DNA from: Orbicella franksi
Taxonomy: Eukaryota
Assembly (NCBI GenBank): GCA_964199315.1
Contig: OZ116698.1
Span: forward strand, 5,704,001 to 5,768,000
Length of the DNA: 64,000 nucleotides
Reading direction: 5' to 3'
This document shows positions 35,545 through 45,669 of the stretch, piece after piece (the first letter of the stretch is position 1; every line of letters begins with the position of its first letter). Position numbers and translations under genes: made by a program. The notes beneath the pieces are model-generated. The model was not told where the DNA came from, ran no database searches, and was given only the letters and a program-made list of their open reading frames with translations.

Positions 35545-37020
35545 CTACCAAGGGTTAGAGCTACTTGTGGTTTCCTCCCTAGGGTTAATGTCATTAATAC
35601 AACATTCCACTAAACGTCTGTGCTGACAATCAGGATTCGCACATGTGGTGACATGGGGGCAGTTCTGGTTTCTGAGTAGGTGCTTACAGCGTGGATTTCC
35701 ACAACGAATTAAGCGACGATTGGGTGCTTGATTTAGTGGTGCTTGATTTATTGGTTCATCCTCTAGCCATTCTTCACTGTCACTGTATTCAGGACTAGTG
35801 TTAGAGCTACTTGGGGAAGGATGAGTGATGTTGTTTGCATTCCTTGATGTTGTTGTGGGTGAACTGACAGTCGCAGTTGATGATGATGTGACTGTGACAG
35901 TGATTGCTGATGTTGGAGGTGGACTGACTGCTTGTGGGGGGGTGTTTGTCGGTGTTGTTTGTGGTGATCGGTCACTGTCTTCAGCAGGGGGAGGACTATT
36001 TGCTCTTAAATCGGAGACGTCGTCATCATCTTCCATGTCAAATGGATTGTTTTCTTGTCCGATTACTGTATGAGGAGCGGGAATGATTAAGGGTTCCCCA
36101 TGCGTGTCTCTTGCTCTTCCATCATCTGTATAAAAGGATGCTCTTAGTGATGTTGCTCCAAAGGACAAAAGAACTGGAGTTGGAATGAGTCTGGAGCGAC
36201 GACTGTTGGTGAATAAACTACGATTTGTTTCTTGAAGCGCTTGGAATATGTTACGTTCCACTACTGAGCCAGTGTAGGGGGTGTCTTCTGGATATGGAGT
36301 AATACTATGGTTTTGCGTGATCTGGATTTCTTGTACACTCACATCATTCTCTCCGATTTGATTTGGATCCGTTACAAAGATGAATTGATACTTTATGAAA
36401 CTTAGACATAATTCTAGAGCTGAAGGAATCATTCTTTCAAATATCTTGTAAATTGCAATTCTATAATTGTAAACCCAAAATAATTGACCTATTACATTGG
36501 CATGCATGTAAATACCATGAAAAGGAGAATTATGATCTCTTTGTGTTAATATGAAACTTTTCATTCTTTCTAAGAATTCATTAAAAACTTCAGAAGAAAT
36601 ATATGGAAATGCTCTCCAACTTAAATTACTTCTTGTATGTATGATACTTGCTCTTCTTGAGATCAGGAATAAATTGATGGCTGTTATACTGTCAGAGCGA
36701 CGAGCACGTAGGGTTAATTCTTCTAGGGTTAGTGAACCGCCACGTCTTCGATGACCAACAACTCTTGAACATCGTGTACGTGAAGGTATTGCGCAACAGT
36801 TTCCACACATCCTCGTTTCATTCCTTAATCTTCGGTAACAAGACTTGTGTAAATACCTTTCGCAGCATGTTTGCCTTTTACAGGCTAAAATTTCATTTGT
36901 AAGAATGTCTTCTAGACAAATGAAGCACCGATCTAATTCTTCTTCAGGTGGAATATTGAGTTGTCTCAAACTACGTCTTACTTGCGACATGTTTGTAGTA
37001 GAGTGAGCGAGTATTTTCAT
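35545..37020 (-). CDS. Viral accessory protein, 491 aa: N-terminal RING-like finger, Ser/Thr/Pro-rich region, C-terminal Cys cluster
   Basis: CFIC...CCERYLHKSC...CGNC; C-terminal CGNPRC...CPHVTTCANPDC.H...CC. Confidence 0.75.
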   Translation of the reverse strand: MKILAHSTTNMSQVRRSLRQLNIPPEEELDRCFICLEDILTNEILACKRQTCCERYLHKSCYRRLRNETRMCGNCCAIPSRTRCSRVVGHRRRGGSLTLEELTLRARRSDSITAINLFLISRRASIIHTRSNLSWRAFPYISSEVFNEFLERMKSFILTQRDHNSPFHGIYMHANVIGQLFWVYNYRIAIYKIFERMIPSALELCLSFIKYQFIFVTDPNQIGENDVSVQEIQITQNHSITPYPEDTPYTGSVVERNIFQALQETNRSLFTNSRRSRLIPTPVLLSFGATSLRASFYTDDGRARDTHGEPLIIPAPHTVIGQENNPFDMEDDDDVSDLRANSPPPAEDSDRSPQTTPTNTPPQAVSPPPTSAITVTVTSSSTATVSSPTTTSRNANNITHPSPSSSNTSPEYSDSEEWLEDEPINQAPLNQAPNRRLIRCGNPRCKHLLRNQNCPHVTTCANPDCQHRRLVECCINDINPREETTSSSNPW

Positions 37021-37075
37021 TTTGAGTCATTTTATATTGTTTGTTTGTGTTTCTAAAAATAAAAATGACAAAAGG

Positions 37076-37092
37076 GGGGATGGGGGTATCCC
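37076..37092. promoter_or_regulatory. Candidate viral divergent-promoter motif, copy 1
   Basis: GGGGATGGGGGTATCCC, identical at 62634-62650. Both copies lie between divergent ORFs and have TGAGTCA upstream. Confidence 0.45.
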
Positions 37093-37126
37093 TCCTGAAT
37101 GAATGTTTTAAAAATGTGTTTACGTT

Positions 37127-37375
37127 TTGGATTTGTTGAGTTCTCATTTGTTATTTGAGGAACGAGATGCATATGTGATGGCTCCTCCTAGAGCATGTTC
37201 AGAGACCATGGCTGACTATTTTCGTTTTAGTCGTTTAGTGGATGACGAGGAATCACGTTTTGGATACAAGTTGAAGAGAATCAGTTTTATGAGGGAAAAG
37301 TTTAAAGAGGACGAAAAGATGTTGGCTAATCTACGAGTGAGGGAGGAATTTTTTGAAAGCATTGGAATCTATTGA
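37127..37375 (+). CDS. Small viral hypothetical protein
   Basis: 82-aa ORF overlapping the next ORF; start uncertain. Confidence 0.45.
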   Translation: MDLLSSHLLFEERDAYVMAPPRACSETMADYFRFSRLVDDEESRFGYKLKRISFMREKFKEDEKMLANLRVREEFFESIGIY

Positions 37376-37565
37376 CAGGATCAGACATTCTTTGAACAAA
37401 ATCTACGATGCAATTATGGGGCATGAAGATTTATTTGTGATCGACGATGATGGAGAGACCATTCGACCAGATGATTGGATTCAGAGGGGAATTCACATAC
37501 AATGTAAAGCGGAGAACAATTTAAACTTCATTGATTACCGCATCAAAAGACTTTATTTGATTTGA
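37353..37565 (+). CDS. Small viral hypothetical protein
   Basis: 70-aa ORF in the compact array; start uncertain. Confidence 0.45.
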   Translation: MKALESIDRIRHSLNKIYDAIMGHEDLFVIDDDGETIRPDDWIQRGIHIQCKAENNLNFIDYRIKRLYLI

Positions 37566-37589
37566 TTTAACATTTTGAAAGTGTGACAA

Positions 37590-38144
37590 TCATATGTCAT
37601 ATAACCATCTCCAGAAAGCGTGACACTCTTGAACGGAACAGTGACCTTTTCTGTGACTTTTTCTACAAACACTACGATGAAAACCACAACTTTTTATCTT
37701 AGGTATCGTGTTTAAATGATCATATTTAGGACAGCTGATTAATTCTAAATTAAAACTTGGAATGTTCAGTTCGTCGAGGATGTCTTTTTCGACTCATCCA
37801 CCTTTGTATGCAAGCAATGTTCTTTTTCCTGTACAGTATTTGGAATAAAGTCTCTGTATTACGTCACATACTCTGTCTTGACTTAAGGCTTCTTCTTTAG
37901 AGTCTGGTTCGTACGGGAGACCACAAATCCAGTTGTTCACGTGTTTGACTGTTTTTCTGTCTTGAATCCAAAGGTTTCTGTAGGGTATGCCAGTGTCAAA
38001 GGCTATCCTCCCGTAGTCGCAGTCGTGTGTACAGTATCCAAGTTCTCGCACATAAAAAGTTCCTCTAAGTGAATTTCCTTTTAAATTGTAACCATCTAAG
38101 TCTAATATGAAACAAACTTGTTCTCTTACTTTTTGCTTTTGCAT
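37590..38144 (-). pseudogene. DEDD/RNase H-fold nuclease-like viral protein with a Cys/His tail; one in-frame TGA
   Basis: FILDLDGY...FYVRELGY. Reading through the TGA at 37794-37796 gives VEKDILDELNIPSFNLE..CPKY...CGFH...HC...FWRW. Confidence 0.55.
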
Positions 38145-38174
38145 GATGTTTGAGCTCTGCTCGCTTCTTGCGTC

Positions 38175-39032
38175 TTAACTCAGCTCTGATTGCTTGTGAG
38201 TGGCATGATACTTGGCATAACCTTTTTGTACGCATGGTGGAGGATAGTGCTCGGTGCCTGGGTCGGGTATTTGTGTGAAAACTCTGACGTCATCTCCACC
38301 AGGACAGGTTAGGTCAACCCTCTTTACCGTGGATTCATCATTCATCATCCTCACTTTTTTCCAGTAGGCTGCTGCTTGGGGGTCTTTAATGTCTGCTGTT
38401 CGCATGTCAATATCTGTTTTGTATTCTTTCAACGGTTGTTTACCTTTCCAACCGGGCTTCTTCTCTTCTAAACAGACTTCTTCCTCTGGTTTCTTGACTT
38501 TTCTCTGGGGTTTTGGTTTGTCTGCTTCTTCGCGTATCCACTTCTCCATTCTTTCTGAGGGATTTTTATCAGCCCAATAGAAGAAGTCGCATTTCTTCTT
38601 TCGACAACCAAAGAACATACGACCAGGATTCTTTTCAGATTTAGAGATCTTCAGAATGAGAGTGTTTTTGCAAAAACACTTGTTTCTTTGTTCCAGGTTT
38701 CTCTGCCAGAAGTCTGCCACTTGCTTGTCAAATTTGGCTTGGTAATCTTCTACTTGGTTGACTCCGCAGCACACAAAGCAGTCCTTGTTCGGACACTTGT
38801 AATATTCCCATGGACTGTAGCGGGTTTCAATCTCATTGTATCCTAACAGAAAGGTTGGATGCTTTGGACAGACGTACACAATCGTGTGCTTGTCTAGCTC
38901 TTCTAGCTCGGTCTGCATTCTTTTGTTTAGATCTGTGATGTAGTCATCTGCGTTGAACTCAATTGGGGCGTCTTCCACAGTCACTGAAGGAGCTTCTTCC
39001 TTAATTGTCAAAGGATTGTTGGTGGGATTCAA
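38175..39032 (-). CDS. Viral zf-GRF-containing protein; possibly fused with 39001-39714 before a frameshift
   Basis: CFCKNTLILKISKSEKNPGRMFFGCRKKKCDFFYWAD is the zf-GRF signature; upstream CPKH...CPNKDCFVCC cluster. Confidence 0.75.
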   Translation of the reverse strand: MNPTNNPLTIKEEAPSVTVEDAPIEFNADDYITDLNKRMQTELEELDKHTIVYVCPKHPTFLLGYNEIETRYSPWEYYKCPNKDCFVCCGVNQVEDYQAKFDKQVADFWQRNLEQRNKCFCKNTLILKISKSEKNPGRMFFGCRKKKCDFFYWADKNPSERMEKWIREEADKPKPQRKVKKPEEEVCLEEKKPGWKGKQPLKEYKTDIDMRTADIKDPQAAAYWKKVRMMNDESTVKRVDLTCPGGDDVRVFTQIPDPGTEHYPPPCVQKGYAKYHATHKQSELS

Positions 39033-39714
39033 CGCATGTTGTACACTCGTGGATGGGTTTGAGGATTCTGGTGTGATTGCAGGTTTTGCTGGGTCTGCGA
39101 AAAAAAGTATTCCAGGGATAAATATTATGTTTTTGAAATGTTCTTTCGATATGATCCTTTTTATGTTCTTTCATCATTTCTTTTCTGGCTTGATAAATTG
39201 CTTTCAACCTTTTCCTCGATTGGATTATTTGTTGGGCACATTCAGTGTTTGTTCTGTCACATGCATACAACCAGTCTCCATTGAGAAGTTGAATTCCAAT
39301 AAGTGACTCTTTCTCTTTCTTAGACAGCTTTCCGTTTTTAAAAATGGTTCTCACACCAACTTCCAGTTGGAAGGTAACTTTTTTGTTGATGTTCTTTTTT
39401 TTAATCTTTGAAGGATAAATTGGCTTCACTTGGAATCTACTTGTTGGTTGTAGCCATTTTGTTATGTTACTTTGCTCACCTCCTTTGGATACTTTTGCCT
39501 GGGGTTCTTTTTTGGTACTGAGCTTCTTTCTCTTTCGCTTGGAAGACTCATCGGGTCTTGCAAATGGCTGCACGTGTTTTGAAAACATCTGAAGGTTTTT
39601 ATCGTCTTCTTCGTACTCTTCTATTTTCACCATGTGATTGAGCGCCATGTCTGCAATGAATGAACAGTGAAAATGTTGAACATGATTAAGTTTTTTATAA
39701 TAATGAGTATCCAA
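39001..39714 (-). CDS. Basic viral hypothetical protein with NLS-like Lys runs
   Basis: 237-aa ATG ORF with KRKRKK; overlaps the zf-GRF ORF. Confidence 0.6.
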   Translation of the reverse strand: MDTHYYKKLNHVQHFHCSFIADMALNHMVKIEEYEEDDKNLQMFSKHVQPFARPDESSKRKRKKLSTKKEPQAKVSKGGEQSNITKWLQPTSRFQVKPIYPSKIKKKNINKKVTFQLEVGVRTIFKNGKLSKKEKESLIGIQLLNGDWLYACDRTNTECAQQIIQSRKRLKAIYQARKEMMKEHKKDHIERTFQKHNIYPWNTFFRRPSKTCNHTRILKPIHECTTCVESHQQSFDN

Positions 39715-39848
39715 TCAGTGATGAGATTTATATTCTGACCATTCACAACACTTCATGACCATGTATGGAAATCAGGTATACACCAATGAGAACGAATCTT
39801 TTTTCTATATAAGAGATGAGTATTTTTTCTTCTTGTTATACTTGAAAA

Positions 39849-40640
39849 ATGTCTGACAGTAAGACAGCGGTAAAGCTTGAAGAGAAGACTATGGATGACT
39901 ATGATCTCTTTTGCAGACTTGCAGCCTTCCAATTGCACTTGGGAAGTGCACAGGATAACCTACGAGCTCTTAAAAAGTTGAAGAAAAACGAAGACAAGAT
40001 GTATCACCTAGAGTTTGGTGTGGCCTCTCCTATCTATCACTTTCTTCAGAAGCAGTTGTGTGAGTGGGGTAAGAAAGGTTCTCACTTGGTACCAGAGGCA
40101 GATGATATTACAAAGTATCAACCCACTCTACTCTACAACAAACAACAGTTGAAGAAAAAAGAACTAGATGACTACAATGGAAGTAAATTCCCAATTCACA
40201 AGGGACGAAAGTTGGAAAAAGATGACCTGGATGAGATTGAAGAGGATTTGAAGAAGTGGGTTTGTGAGTTCAACGAGAAGCTTCAGTTGCACAAGACAAA
40301 GCAGTTTAGAGACGAACAGCATCGTCGGTTTCAGTTGGAGTTTTCTTTGGTGACAGGTTTGTACTATCGTATACAGCTTCACCTGATTGACTGGGGCAAT
40401 CGTTCTCATCATCCTCATCTGGATTCAGTGGGTGCATATTATGATTCACTGGGTGTGAAGTTCAATGATGAACCGTTACTGACAAAAAATGTGATGTCCG
40501 TGGAAAAATATGAGGTGACAGTGGAAGAGGAAGAAGAGGCAAGAGAGGCAGAGGCAAAGGAAGATGAGGTTTGCCAACAACACTTTCTAATGTCCCAAGG
40601 GTTGAATGGAGATGGGAACCAGCGGTGTATTCCCATGTGA
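39849..40640 (+). CDS. Viral hypothetical protein, 263 aa
   Basis: Long ATG ORF with charged helical composition. Confidence 0.7.
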   Translation: MSDSKTAVKLEEKTMDDYDLFCRLAAFQLHLGSAQDNLRALKKLKKNEDKMYHLEFGVASPIYHFLQKQLCEWGKKGSHLVPEADDITKYQPTLLYNKQQLKKKELDDYNGSKFPIHKGRKLEKDDLDEIEEDLKKWVCEFNEKLQLHKTKQFRDEQHRRFQLEFSLVTGLYYRIQLHLIDWGNRSHHPHLDSVGAYYDSLGVKFNDEPLLTKNVMSVEKYEVTVEEEEEAREAEAKEDEVCQQHFLMSQGLNGDGNQRCIPM

Positions 40641-40729
40641 CTTCCATGTCATCGCACTTTTCGGCCAATCCACGATGTCATGACTTGTAATATATTGGAA
40701 TCTTTTGACGTTGAAAAATCAGTTTACCT

Positions 40730-41257
40730 TTGGTCTTCAGTGACACTAGTTGCACGTTAGATTTCAGTTTTTGCATTATGTCTTGTTTTGCTAACACTGT
40801 AAAGAACTGTGAGGGTGATGTTATGTTGTACACCAATAGTAACCAGATTTATGACTTGGTCAAGGACTACATAGAGATTGCAGTGCATCCAATGATTGGA
40901 AGTTTGGAGGGACCAGACAAAGGTGATCTGTTCATCTTTGACTTTTTGAACGAACATTTTGCTGAAGATTTCAAGATAAAAGTGAGTGATTTGGAGCAAA
41001 AGAGACCTTCATGGAAAAACACCGTCATCCCATTCATTATACAACAGCATCAACCTGGTGGAAATCCCCTTGGTTTGTTCTTTTTTGATACCATATGGCA
41101 CGATGTGAGCTACGACATTGAAACCGATACCATCCATTTCACTAAATCTGCTTACGACCCATCAGAAATCAGCAGAGGTGATATCTTGTTTGCCACTCAG
41201 GGTCTCGTTTGGAATAGCAAGAATGCCATTGAAGAGCTTCTCACACCGGCTCGTTGA
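40730..41257 (+). CDS. Viral hypothetical protein
   Basis: 175-aa ORF; first ATG at about 40777. Confidence 0.65.
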   Translation: MVFSDTSCTLDFSFCIMSCFANTVKNCEGDVMLYTNSNQIYDLVKDYIEIAVHPMIGSLEGPDKGDLFIFDFLNEHFAEDFKIKVSDLEQKRPSWKNTVIPFIIQQHQPGGNPLGLFFFDTIWHDVSYDIETDTIHFTKSAYDPSEISRGDILFATQGLVWNSKNAIEELLTPAR

Positions 41258-41278
41258 GCTCATCACATCTCGACCAAT

Positions 41279-41614
41279 GTGACTCACAGGATTTCCAATC
41301 AGAGGAACAACTGGGTATTCAGGTTACCTACACCCTGTACCAATTATGAACTAGATGTCTCTATTGAGAACACTTTCGTTGGATTGTTTCAGAACATGGA
41401 AACATGGAAAGACCGTTTCTTTTATGCCGAGAGGAGTGATGACCAAAAACTGTGTGTTGAGTGTGAGGAGGATTTGAAAAAAGCTCTGTATTACAGTGAC
41501 TATGATGAAGCCTTAAAATGGCGTCCCCATTGTGAAAATGGCATAAAACAATGTAAATATTTTCAATCCGATGTTTTTGACTTTGAAGAGGGTTTGGTCA
41601 CACTTAAGTTTTGA
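41279..41614 (+). CDS. Viral hypothetical protein
   Basis: 111-aa ORF, tandem in the array. Confidence 0.55.
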   Translation: MTHRISNQRNNWVFRLPTPCTNYELDVSIENTFVGLFQNMETWKDRFFYAERSDDQKLCVECEEDLKKALYYSDYDEALKWRPHCENGIKQCKYFQSDVFDFEEGLVTLKF

Positions 41615-41674
41615 TTTGATTTGAGGTAAACTATAAAATGCAAATGTTAGTTTGATTAAAAGTCATTTGACAAC

Positions 41675-41971
41675 ATGGGTTTGTTCTTGTCTCATTACTC
41701 TCGTGGGGATTGGAGCAATACGTGTGATAAATGTAGAAGTATTCTTGCATGCAAAAAAGATGAACGCAAACTCGTACCAAATGAGTACAGTGACGACCCC
41801 GTTTACGAGTTTGAAGAACTGAGACCTTTGGAGGGTAGCGTTTTTAGATTCATCGTATTCTGTCTTTGGCTAGAAAAGCAACCGCTTTCCTATTATCAGT
41901 GTCAAAGAATCATAGCGCATCCTTACGCTTGGAAAATTTCTGTCCACCGTGTGAATTGGTGTACACCATGA
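41675..41971 (+). CDS. Viral hypothetical protein (CxxC)
   Basis: 98-aa ORF whose TGA overlaps the integrase ATG (ATGA). Confidence 0.6.
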   Translation: MGLFLSHYSRGDWSNTCDKCRSILACKKDERKLVPNEYSDDPVYEFEELRPLEGSVFRFIVFCLWLEKQPLSYYQCQRIIAHPYAWKISVHRVNWCTP

Positions 41972-43044
41972 AATTCAAGAAAAAATCCATTTCCTTAGCT
42001 CAGGTGCAACGTTTGTATAGAGATCCTACGAAACCCGGTAGTTTAGGTGGGTTGAGTCGTTTTGCTAAAACCAACAAGATTCCTGTATCTTTAGCTCAAA
42101 AAGCTTTGGAAGCAGATTTGGGGTACACGTTACATAAACCTGGACGTCGTCACTTTTAAACTTCCCCGGTCATGGTATTTGGTATCTATCAACAGTGGGC
42201 AGCAGATTTGGTAGAAGTTGCTAACATTTCCAGGTACAATAAAGGAACAAAGTACCTCCTGATGGTGATTGACGTGTTTTCAAAATTTGGATGGGTGGAA
42301 CCCCTTAAATCTAAGACGGGTCAAGTCGTGACAGAGGGTTTCAAGAAAATATTGAAAAGAAGTAAGGGGAGAAAACCCGTCAATTTACAAACAGACGATG
42401 GTAAGGAATTTTACAACAAGACCTTTCAGACCTTGAAGCAAAAGAACGTTTACCATTTTTCTACCAGTGGGGATGCAAAGGCAGCTGTGGTTGAGCGTTT
42501 CAATCGAACTTTGAAAGAACGATTGTACTGTTACTTTACGGTGAAGAACAGCCTTTCGTTTCTCGATGTTTTGCAGAAACTGGTGAGTGGTTACAACGCT
42601 TCGAACCACAGGAGCATTAAGATGGCCCCAAAGAAAGTGTCGAACAAGAACAAATTAGAAGTGTGGAAACTTTTGTACCTTAATCGATTGAGTTCTAAGA
42701 AAAGAAAGAGTAAGTTCAAGAAAAACGACAAAGTACGATTGAACAAAAAGCATCGTCCTTTCAAGAAAGGTTATCTCCCTGGATGGACCGAGGAGGTGTT
42801 TATCGTGGCTCGAGTGAATCGTGGAGTTGTACCTACTTACAAGTTGAAAGAATGGAACGGTGAACCCTTGGAGGGTACTTTTTACGAAGAGGATTTACAG
42901 AAAGTCAATGTGTCCAATGATGACTTGTTTAGAGTGGAGAAAATTATCAAGCAAAAGGGTACCAAGGTTCTCGTACGATGAAAAGGTTGGCGTGCTAAAT
43001 ACGACAGTTGGATTCCAAAGAAGTCAGTCTATGTAAAGGTGTGA
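41968..43044 (+). pseudogene. int: Polinton retroviral-type (rve/c-int) integrase with C-terminal chromodomain; two in-frame stops
   Basis: QWAADL, VIDVFSK, LQTDDGKEF, VVERFNRTLK (DDE intact); VEKII...VLVR*KGW...DSWIP chromodomain; stops at 42157 and 42979. Confidence 0.93.
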
Positions 43045-43073
43045 ATACAAGCAGTTTTTCATTTGAAACAAGT

Positions 43074-44190
43074 ATGGAGACAAGTGCAACAAGCGACGAC
43101 TTTTACCTCACGTTGTTGAGTAATTCTTCGACTCTAAAATTCCCAACAACAAAGCGAACAGTTTTCAAAACAGATTACCTCGTCAGATCAATCTGGAAGG
43201 ATGATGGAAAGCGGGACTCAGTAGTGTTTCGTTACCTGATTCTAGTTTGTTTCACCTCAAATTGAATCCTGACGAACAGGATTTGTTTAGAGTAGGCTAT
43301 TTGTTGACTTCCACGTCTGCCCCCTCCGGTGCTCAGCCTACTGATCTTAGACACAGTCTTTACAGTCACGCAAACCTGAAAGAGTTGTCTCCAGACGTGA
43401 ATGGAGTGGAGTTCATGAAATCGGTGACCAATTTTTTTGACGAAGATAGAATTGGCGACTTGGTGGGAGCAGATGATGAAAAGTTTTCTCAAACCAACTC
43501 ACAAGATCAAGAGGAATCACTTTTCTGGAAGTTCAAGTGGGAAGGAGACGAATTGGTCACGGATAATGAAAATGTGTACAGAGGAGACCGCTCTTCTTTG
43601 AGAGCGGTTCACCCCTACTTTTACATAGAAAAAGACTTGGCTAAAAAAATGGGGTGGATAACGACAGACTCTAGTGGCGTGTATCACCTAGGACCCACCT
43701 TGAAGCAAGAACTCTTTGACCCTTACTTGGTTCTGAATCTTCAGGACTCGTCTGATCCAGGTGATCTTTATGAAAATAACTCCAACTCTACTAATTATCG
43801 TCGACGTGTTTTTTACACGGGGGATGAGTTATTATGGACCAGAGGATCATGGGAACATGCTGAGACTTAGTTACAGGTGTAACTGGCAATTCATCAATTT
43901 GAATGCAGCCTTCAATAATGCCATGGGAAGTAGTTCTCGTTCCCTCATGATATACAGCGACGTTGCTAGTAGTTCGTTTGTGGGAAACCAAGTGACCGAT
44001 TTGTTTCGAGAGTTTAGTTATCAAAGAGTTGGAAAAGGCATTCAATACTTCGAACCGGTTCACATCCATTACGTTCCACTTCGAAAACACACTCGAGATT
44101 ATAAAAGTGGAGGTGAGTGAAGTCGATGGTCAATTGGTTCAACTTGGAGCTGGAAACACAACTGTCATGATTCACTTAGTCAAGCAATGA
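43074..44190 (+). pseudogene. Minor capsid protein (penton, single jelly roll), frameshifted
   Basis: DFYLTLLSNSS...NSFQNRLP..I.LEG*WK.GLSS.SLP at the N-terminus; LMIYSDV....FVGN...DLFRE...YFEP.HIHYVPL at the C-terminus. Confidence 0.85.
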
Positions 44191-44450
44191 AAGGTTCTGG
44201 TTTAAAGAGGTTTCATCCCGATCAGGTACAAAAGGGAAGTGGATTCATACAAGATTTTACTAAAGCAGCTGTCTTAGAAGGCTGGAAAGGTTTAAAAACG
44301 GGTGGATTTCCTTTTGTACCTAACATACCAGGTGCTGTTCATGGTGTAAAGACGGGAGTTAGAAAAGCTGCTAAATGAAAAGCTGACAATTTAGCTGACC
44401 GTACACATAAAAGAGTCAAAAGGAAAATCAAAGACATCTTTGGACCATGA
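44187..44450 (+). pseudogene. Small basic virion protein with QKGSG site and amphipathic segment (pVI/pVII-like); one in-frame TGA
   Basis: QVQKGSGFIQDFTKAAV...AAK*KADNL...KIKDIFG; ATGA overlaps at both ends. Confidence 0.55.
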
Positions 44451-44779
44451 ACACCCCATTTCTTCCTCCAATGAATCCCATCTATTCCCAAAGAGTTCTC
44501 AGGGTTCCACCTATCATGACTTATGGTAAAAGACGATCTCAACAAGGTGGAGCCATGAAACGAAACAAACGACGATTGGTAGATAAGATTGCCGAAGGAG
44601 CCAGCATGTTTTTGTCTGGTCCTGCACTGTCATTTGCTTCGTTGGGTTTGAAATTGGGTGGCCAAGCATTCAAAGGAATAAGCGATAACTACAAGTATTA
44701 TAAAGGAAGACAACGAGGTGGTGGATTATCACACCGTAGGAAACGTCGAACAGTGAAGACAAAAGCTAAGAGAGGTTGA
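44447..44779 (+). CDS. Arg/Lys-rich core-protein-like ORF with QxGG sites
   Basis: SQQGGA and RQRGGG; basic C-terminal tail; directly precedes the MCP. Confidence 0.65.
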   Translation: MNTPFLPPMNPIYSQRVLRVPPIMTYGKRRSQQGGAMKRNKRRLVDKIAEGASMFLSGPALSFASLGLKLGGQAFKGISDNYKYYKGRQRGGGLSHRRKRRTVKTKAKRG

Positions 44780-45669
44780 AGACGAAGAAGATAGATCATG
44801 TTGGACATTGCACCTCATGTAGGTTCGGCAACAGTGTCGAATCCGTCACTGAATATCTTTGAGATTCCACTGATGGATCTTAGTGTTTACAGTAGGCGAT
44901 ATGTAAAAATCAATCCGTTCACCACTGGAATTAATCCAGTGACGTTTCAGATCGATCCTCAGGAAGACTACATCGACTTTACCCAGAGTTACTTTGAGTT
45001 TGAAGTGGGTTTCAAGAAAGCTGCTGGAGGTAATTTGGTGGCTGCTGAAGATGCGTTTCCAGTGAACAACCTGGCTCATTCCATGATCAAACAGCTCAAC
45101 GTTTGATTGAATCAAACCTTGATTAGCGAACAATCGGACACGTATGCGTACAAAGCTTACATCGAGACTTTACTTCACCACGACCGACAAGATGGTGAAA
45201 CAATCCTGACTCCCGAGGGTTGGGAAAACTACGTGGACGTCCCTCCATTATACACAGCAAACAATTTGGATGATGCAACTCCTAATGTACAATGGACTGC
45301 TTTACCTGAGAACCAAAAAACAAGCATCACCAAAGCACGAGGTGAATGAGCCAAATATGTAGGAGGCAAGAAAAACATCATGAAATTCAAACCTCACTCG
45401 GAACTGTTCAATTTGAACAAGTTGTTGATACCAGGCATACAGATTGACTTGTAGATTTACTTCAACAATCCTGACTTCTACTGGAGTTCTGTTGGTATAG
45501 CAACAAGATTGACTGAAGCTGACATCAAGGTGAGCTTGGTTCTCTGTCAACTCAGAATTAACCCTGACGTTTACCGAGAATTGGCGGTTAGGAGACTGGG
45601 GAGCAATGGCGGAGTGAGACGTGTTTTCTTAAGCCACCCGCCTTAAATTCAATTGCTCTGCGGATTTTA

